Below are positions 48,470 to 64,000 of a stretch of DNA of 64,000 nt, piece by piece. This DNA comes from Macrostomum lignano (Eukaryota): the NCBI GenBank assembly GCA_002269645.1, contig NIVC01001177.1, forward strand, positions 62,001 through 126,000, read 5' to 3'. Each line of letters starts with the position of its first letter. Position 1 is the first letter of the stretch. Position numbers and translations under genes: made by a program. The notes below the pieces were generated by a model that worked only from the letters and a program-made list of their open reading frames with translations, was not told where the DNA came from and ran no database searches.

Positions 48470-49320
48470 TAGGAGCGTCACCATGGATTTTATGGTGGGG
48501 GGTACAAATGCAATATGTACATATTTTCATAATCGGTGTTGTCAGCCCTCATTTTAGCGCCGCCGGCACTCATTTTTGTGCCGCAGGCACTCATTTTGGC
48601 GACGCAGGCACTCATTTTGGCGCCGCAGGCACTCATTTTGGCGCCGCAGGCACTCATTTTGGCGCCGCAGATTGTGGTGCCGCGGGTGCTCATTGTGGTG
48701 CCGCAGGCGCTCATTGTGGTGCATGTACTGTGTGCATGTATTGTGGTGCATGTAATACATGTACTTGTATCTGCATAGAGATTGGAGGCCTTTTGAATGA
48801 GCTTCGGCTAGTGAGCCATGTATCAATTAAACATACACCAGCACCAGGGGCGCCAGCACCAGCCCGCCAGCACCAGGGGCGCCAGCACCAGGGGCGCCAG
48901 CACCAGGGGTGCCAGCACCAGGGGCGCCAGCACCAGGGGCGCCAGCACCAGGGGCGCCAGCATCAGGGGCGCCAGCACTAGCTAAGGGACGTCAGCACAA
49001 GGAGCGCCAGCACTAGCTATAGACGTCAGCACAAGGGGCGCCAGCACTAGCTAGGGACGTCAGCACAAGGGGCGCCAGCACTAGCTAGGGACGTCAGCAC
49101 AAGGGGCGCCAGCACTAGCTAGGGACGTCAGCACAAGGGGCGCCAGCACTAGCTAGGGACGTCAGCACAAGGGGCGCCAGCACTAGCTAGGGACGTCAGC
49201 ACAAGGGGCGCCAGCACTAGCTAGGGACTTCAGCACAAGGGGCGCCAGCATCAGGGGCGCCAGCACCAGGGGCGCCAGCATCAGGGGCGCCAGCACTAGC
49301 TAGGGACGTCAGCACAAGGG
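48470..49320 (+). repeat. CAGGGGCG-family element with 21-bp, 15-bp and 34-bp tandem arrays
   Basis: Head TAGGAGCGTCACCATGGATTTTATGGTGGGGGG; 21-bp array 48550-48720; CAGGGGCGCCAGCAC array from 48838; 34-bp unit AGCACAAGGGGCGCCAGCACTAGCTAGGGACGTC. Confidence 0.85.
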
Positions 49321-50409
49321 GAATTTGGGATGATGCATCGAAGATTGGGGATTAGAATTGTAGGAGGGATTTGGGATCATTGGGGGGGGTTCCTTGAAAT
49401 TCTGAGTCACATTTGACATTTGCTTGAGAAAGGGACTAAACAAACAAAATTCGGAGAACTACCTGGGAATAATGCGTAATAAATCCACCTCGCAAATTTT
49501 ACATGGTCAAGTTTTGGGTCATCGAAGCACCGCGGAGGGTCAGCGGCCCCTCCAAAAGACCAACGGATCGGGTCTCAGGATGTTATTTGTCGAATGACAA
49601 AGTATTTAACTGTGTATGATATTAATTCATTTACATTAGTACGTATGAATTAAGATTTACATGTACAGTAGTATTATCAACTTTCAAAAGCCAAATTACA
49701 AGCCACACAAAGCTGCGAAACTTTGCAGACCTTAACTTTAGCTTAGCAATATTCGAGCCTGCATGGTATAATAATTTGAAATGAGCATGAAACGTCAAGC
49801 AAAAATATACACAGACCGTTTCAGATTTTCTATTACATGTTTTTCAGTTTTTATCTCTGTAAGAAATGTACACGAAATCCAATAGGATTATTCTAACAGG
49901 TTCAGGAAATTGGGGTGGTCCAAAAAATAACACCCGACCTGGGCTCTAAACATCGCGCAGGGCACATCAGAGACTTAGAAGAGAACCACCCCCCTCCTAA
50001 ATGCGCAGACAGTTTTACCCAACACCCTCAAAATCAGCTAAGAAGCTGCTCTAGAGTATGTAGTAATACCCGTCCTATAATTGTTTGATAGCTCGTAGGG
50101 AAAGTGTGCACAAAAGCTCTCAGGCGGAGGCGGTTGGTCCCCCCCCCGCCTGTCAGTGACGTTAACTTCAGTTTTTAGTATAAAAAGAGAGCCTTCATAC
50201 TAGAGCGACAGTATTGAAAACTATTGCTATATCGGAGGAACAACCCTTGGTCACGTGATCTCGAGGAAGACAAATCGAAGATATAAATTTGCTTCTTAAA
50301 TGCTTAATTATTCAAAGAGGCAGTAGAGCACATCGAAGAAGACAGTATTAACAGTTATTATTTGTAATATTAATCCTTAATTACTCTGGAACATCCAAAA
50401 GTGGACAAA

Positions 50410-59822
<9,413 letters not shown>

Positions 59823-59999
59823 AGTGCAAGGCTAAGCTGACTGACATAATAATGCGTGTTTTGCGTGTGTTTTTATTCCTTAATTAGATATATTATTATT
59901 CATCTAAATTTGTTTGTCTGTCCTATTTAATAGCTACTATATGTTATATATTTGTATCTTATTCTGGTGAAATACTAGTTCTATTATTGTCACGAAAAT

Positions 60000-60750
60000 T
60001 GGATTCGAATCCCTGAAATGGGGATTTTTATCCTCGGTAAATATTATTATGGATTCGAATCCCTGATTTAGGGATTTTTATCCTAGGTGAATATTGTGGG
60101 ATTCAAATCCCCTGATTTAGGGATTTTTATCCTCTGTAAGTATTGTTGGATTCGAACCCCTGATTTAGGGATTTTTATCCTCTGTAAGTATTGTTGGATT
60201 CGAACCCCTGATTTAGGGATTTTTATCCTCTGTAAATATTGTGGAATTCGAACCCCTGATTTAGGGATTTTTATACTCGGTAAATATTGTGGGATTCGAA
60301 CCCCTGATTTAGAGATTTTTATCCTCGGTAAGTATTGTGGGATTCAAATCCCCTGATTTAGGGATTTTTATCCTCGGTAAATATTGTGGGATTCAAATCC
60401 CCTGATTTAGGGATTTTTATCCTCGGTAAATATTGTGGGATTCAAATCCCCTGATTTAGGGATTTTTATCCTCGGTAAATATTGTGGGATTCAAATCCCC
60501 TGATTTAGGGATTTTTATCCTCGGTAAATATTGTGGGATTCAAATCCCCTGATTTAGGGATTTTTATCCTCGGTAAATATTGTGGGATTCAAATCCCCTG
60601 ATTTAGGGATTTTTATCCTCGGTAAATATTGTGGGATTCAAATCCCCTGATTTAGGGATTTTTATCCTCGGTAAATATTGTGGGATTCAAATCCCCTGAT
60701 TTAGGGATTTTTATCCTCAGTGAATATCATTATGGGATTCGAATCCCTGA
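60000..60750. repeat. 49-bp tandem repeat x~15
   Basis: GGGATTTTTATCCTCGGTAAATATTGTGGGATTCAAATCCCCTGATTTA. Confidence 0.97.
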
Positions 60751-61292
60751 TTTGAGGTTCTTTATTCCTAATTTTATAGAATGAGAGCTCATTAATGTTA
60801 GAGTTTGAAAGTTATCTCAGCCTCGCGTATTTATTTGAGTTTAGCCCACAAAATAATAAATTGTTTAATTGTTCAATTTTATCAATTGTTTTCAGCTTAA
60901 ATTTAAAAAATAGTTGCAAATAAGTTTGTTATGCTCTGCTTCTTGTTGCTTTGTGCTTATTTTCTCTTTTCTTACTGCTCATATCATTATTTATTCGCGA
61001 AGTTTGCGCAGAAAATCTGTCGTTAACACGAAAAAAGAGAAAAAATATTTCGACGAAATTAAAATGGTTAATTATTAACTCGTTGCAAACCATTTTGAAG
61101 CTTTGTTTGGTAGGGTGTTCCTGCTGCTTTTTTACATTGTTCTTTTGTCATTGTTTGTTATATTATTTTATTGTCGGCCTAACCTTTGACAAGACAACAA
61201 AATACTTATTGAAAAATTAACAATCTATGTAATTGTTGCATTGGCAGCATTGCTGTTGTCTTTTGCTTTAAAGATTTTACTTGCGTTGTTTT

Positions 61293-61334
<42 letters not shown>

Positions 61335-61574
61335 CCTTCGATTGTTTGTTTAAATGCGTTTCTTTACAACCTTTGTTCCGGCATTTTTGTTGCTTCATAT
61401 GTGCGTCTCTGTTGGGGCCGAAGTTTCATTATTCTGTCTTTTCTCTGTGTTTTTGCACTCAAAATTCAGCTCTGATGGAGTGGCTCGTGCTTCGGTGATT
61501 GCTTGTGTCTTTTGTGTTTGGCGCGATTTTTTACTGACAGAAATCAATGCTTATTTGTTGTTTGTCTGTCATTC

Positions 61575-61725
61575 TGTCTGTCTGTCTGTCTGTCTGTGTG
61601 TCTGCCTGCCTATCTGTCTACTAGCTGCATATCTGTCCGTCTGTCTTAGTGTCTGTCTGTCTGTCTTAGTGTCTTAGTGTCTGTCTGTCTGTCTGTCTCT
61701 GTCTTAGTGTCTTAGTGTCTGTCTT

Positions 61726-61778
<53 letters not shown>

Positions 61779-61904
61779 GTCTTAGTGTCTTAGTGTCTTA
61801 GTGTCTGTCTTTCTGTCTGTCTGTCTGTCTGTCTGCCTCTGTCTTAGTGTCTTAGTGTCTGTCTGTCTGTCTTTCTGTCTGTCTGTCTGTCTACTGGCTG
61901 CATA

Positions 61905-61940
<36 letters not shown>

Positions 61941-61945
61941 CGTGT
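61575..61945. repeat. (CTGT)n / CTTAGTGT compound microsatellite
   Basis: Direct reading. Confidence 0.95.
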
Positions 61946-62694
61946 ATCTATCTGGTCTGCCAATATTTATCCCACTAATCTATAGTATCAGTCCGTCTGT
62001 AAAGTCAGCCGCCCAAGCGCCCTAATCAGTGTTTCGCAGTTGAAGCTCTCTCGTCCAACGTCAGTGACAGTTATCCAACAATGTGTACATTAATTATAAC
62101 AAACTTGTACAATTAGTACAGCCGAATTTTAAATCTACACTGTGGCTTCTGTTGTGAAAGTAAAATGGTAAAAATCATATGAGCAACGTTGTACAGTGTG
62201 GCGGTCAATATTGTCTTAGTAGTATATTAACCCAATTAATGACTGTTTTTGAGCGCACCACACAATAATAGTAGTATAAAAGTAAAACAGTGTCTTTATT
62301 AGTGAATCCTAATTGCGAAAATTCTGTTTATAATATTATTTTGTTTTACTCGTAAATTGATGCGAGTGTAATCCCAGTACTCGTAAAATAATAAATATAT
62401 TTAGCTTTATTATCTATCGTTACATAAGCGTGGTTTGTAATCGCAATGCACTGTCCTTACACAGAGAATAATGCAAAGAGGCGCTCAGCCAGAATAAGTT
62501 TCTTATATTCATTTATTTATCAATCTAATTACTCTACTTGAAGTAGGCGTAAAGAGTTTGTACTGACAGATTAGTAGATTAATAGTGCATTCCTGATCCT
62601 GGCTGTCGCATCTGGAGGATGATTTCTATTATTTAACAGCGCGGTTGGGAATTTGGCAAGCTTTCTCTTAAAGGGGGATAAGGGCGGCTGAACT

Positions 62695-62709
62695 GGTTGC
62701 CATGGCAAC
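62695..62709. promoter_or_regulatory. RFX X-box
   Basis: GTTGCCCATGGCAAC fits GTNRCC-N0-3-RGYAAC exactly. Confidence 0.5.
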
Positions 62710-63526
62710 GGTACGCGGACAGGCGGCTTTTGCACAGTTGAATAATTCTATTCTCTCTTCTGTCTCTCTCCCCGACTGAAAAAATGCTCACAGGCGTTGA
62801 ATGTACACTGCCGGGACTGGGCTTGCGGTGAGACCACCAACCGATCGTGACACCTCTCTATATCTTCTCTATCTCTTAGCAAGTCCTATATTTCTAAACA
62901 TGAGCGTCTGCTATATAGGTTCTCACTCTCTGCTCTTGTGCGGCTTGTTGAGCATAAGAAATTTTATTGAGCACTCTTTCTACTTCAGGCCCTGCATTCA
63001 CGCTTTAGTTCAGGCTTTTGTATTGGTAGCCATTGGCAACTGAAAAGATGCTTTTCTAACCCTCCCACCACCACCCGCTATCCCAACTCCCCTCCGCTCC
63101 AGCTTCTATTCAAATTATTTGAGTTTTCATCCCTTGGCCTGATCGCGGTGTACATGCAGTGTACAGTGCAAGCACAGAAAGCCATTGTTTGCCTGCTGTT
63201 GGTTGGCTTTTTATAAGTTTGAGATGCTCCAGCTGGCTCTCTGAGTCTGTCTGCCTCCCCCCTCTCTCTCCACACCACGCTCTCTTTCTCAGCAATTTGA
63301 GTGAGCACTCCTCTCTCTCTCTCTCTCATTCCTTTCTTTCTCTCTTTCTCAGATTGCATGCAGCCAGCCAACCAAGTGTGCGGGTGGACAGCCAGGGTGT
63401 TCAAGGCTTATATAGGAAAAGCGTGAACAAAGTCCTTGGCAGGCAAATAAATCTGATACTAAGGTTATAGTTTCTCTTGACTCAGGCTTCCATAAAGCTA
63501 GTATTTTCTAGAAATCCGAAACAATT

Positions 63527-63751
63527 ATGCCGGAGCTTTCCTACTTAGTTTGGGAGCTGCAGGCGGTTCGCCATCGCGAGTCGCTGCATCACAGGCGGGA
63601 TGCTGAGTCGCCCGGCTACATCAAGCGAGCCGCCATTGGGCAGCTGGGAGCAGTTGTAGTCTGCTTGTCTCTAGCCGTGGCTGGCAACGCGATCGCGCTG
63701 GTGGATTTGACCAGCTCAGATGTGGAGAACCAGCTTCAGAATGCTACTCAG
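63527..63751 (+). CDS. Possible first exon of a membrane or secreted protein continuing beyond the window
   Basis: ATG 63527, hydrophobic stretch LGAVVVCLSLAVAGNAIALV, NAT sequon, strong donor CAG|GTGAGA at 63752. No recognisable family. Confidence 0.3.
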
Positions 63752-64000
63752 GTGAGACTTTGTCAGAGTTGTACTGTATATTTTCCATGTATTTTTTATT
63801 TGTCATGCCGTATCATGCTAATAGGCTGTGTGATTAAAGGTGGTTTGGGAGGAGAATGAGGAAATGGAATTGAGGGAGAGAGAGGGAGGGGGAACGGGAG
63901 AGAGAATGGAGAAGGAGAGTGAGAGGGAGAGAGGGGAGAGGGGCAGAGTCAGAGGAAGGAAAAGAGGGAGAGGAGGAGTATCACCCGAGAGAGAGAGGGA

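Overview
This is animal genomic DNA (GT-AG introns; PIWI, band 4.1 and MTA1 genes), very rich in repeats. CAG-rich coding sequence, a WSC-gene expansion and minisatellite-filled introns suggest a Macrostomum-like flatworm, but that assignment is inference only. From left to right: (1) a decayed Crypton-type tyrosine-recombinase gene split by a reverse-oriented LTR with a tRNA-Leu primer-binding site (0.1-2.2 kb). (2) Four secreted WSC-domain genes, two intact and two duplicated and disabled (5.2-15.3 kb), among CORE-type SINEs and a deleted mariner. (3) An 8-exon PIWI-clade gene on the minus strand (19.4-26.2 kb) with an intact DEDH tetrad but a shortened MID domain, an in-frame stop and a frameshift. 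(4) A truncated Ty3/Gypsy gag-protease with a hAT transposon nested in gag (26.7-31.5 kb). (5) An AT-rich block with a non-autonomous Helitron, an array of Helitron 5' ends and signs of directional C>T/G>A decay (31.6-40.4 kb). (6) A band 4.1/coracle-like FERM gene (40.5-46.1 kb). (7) An MTA1-like NuRD subunit gene (50.4-59.8 kb) with a late 1-nt frameshift. Most long ORFs in the supplied track are artefacts of tandem repeats. All exon models and alignments were made by eye; no searches were run.
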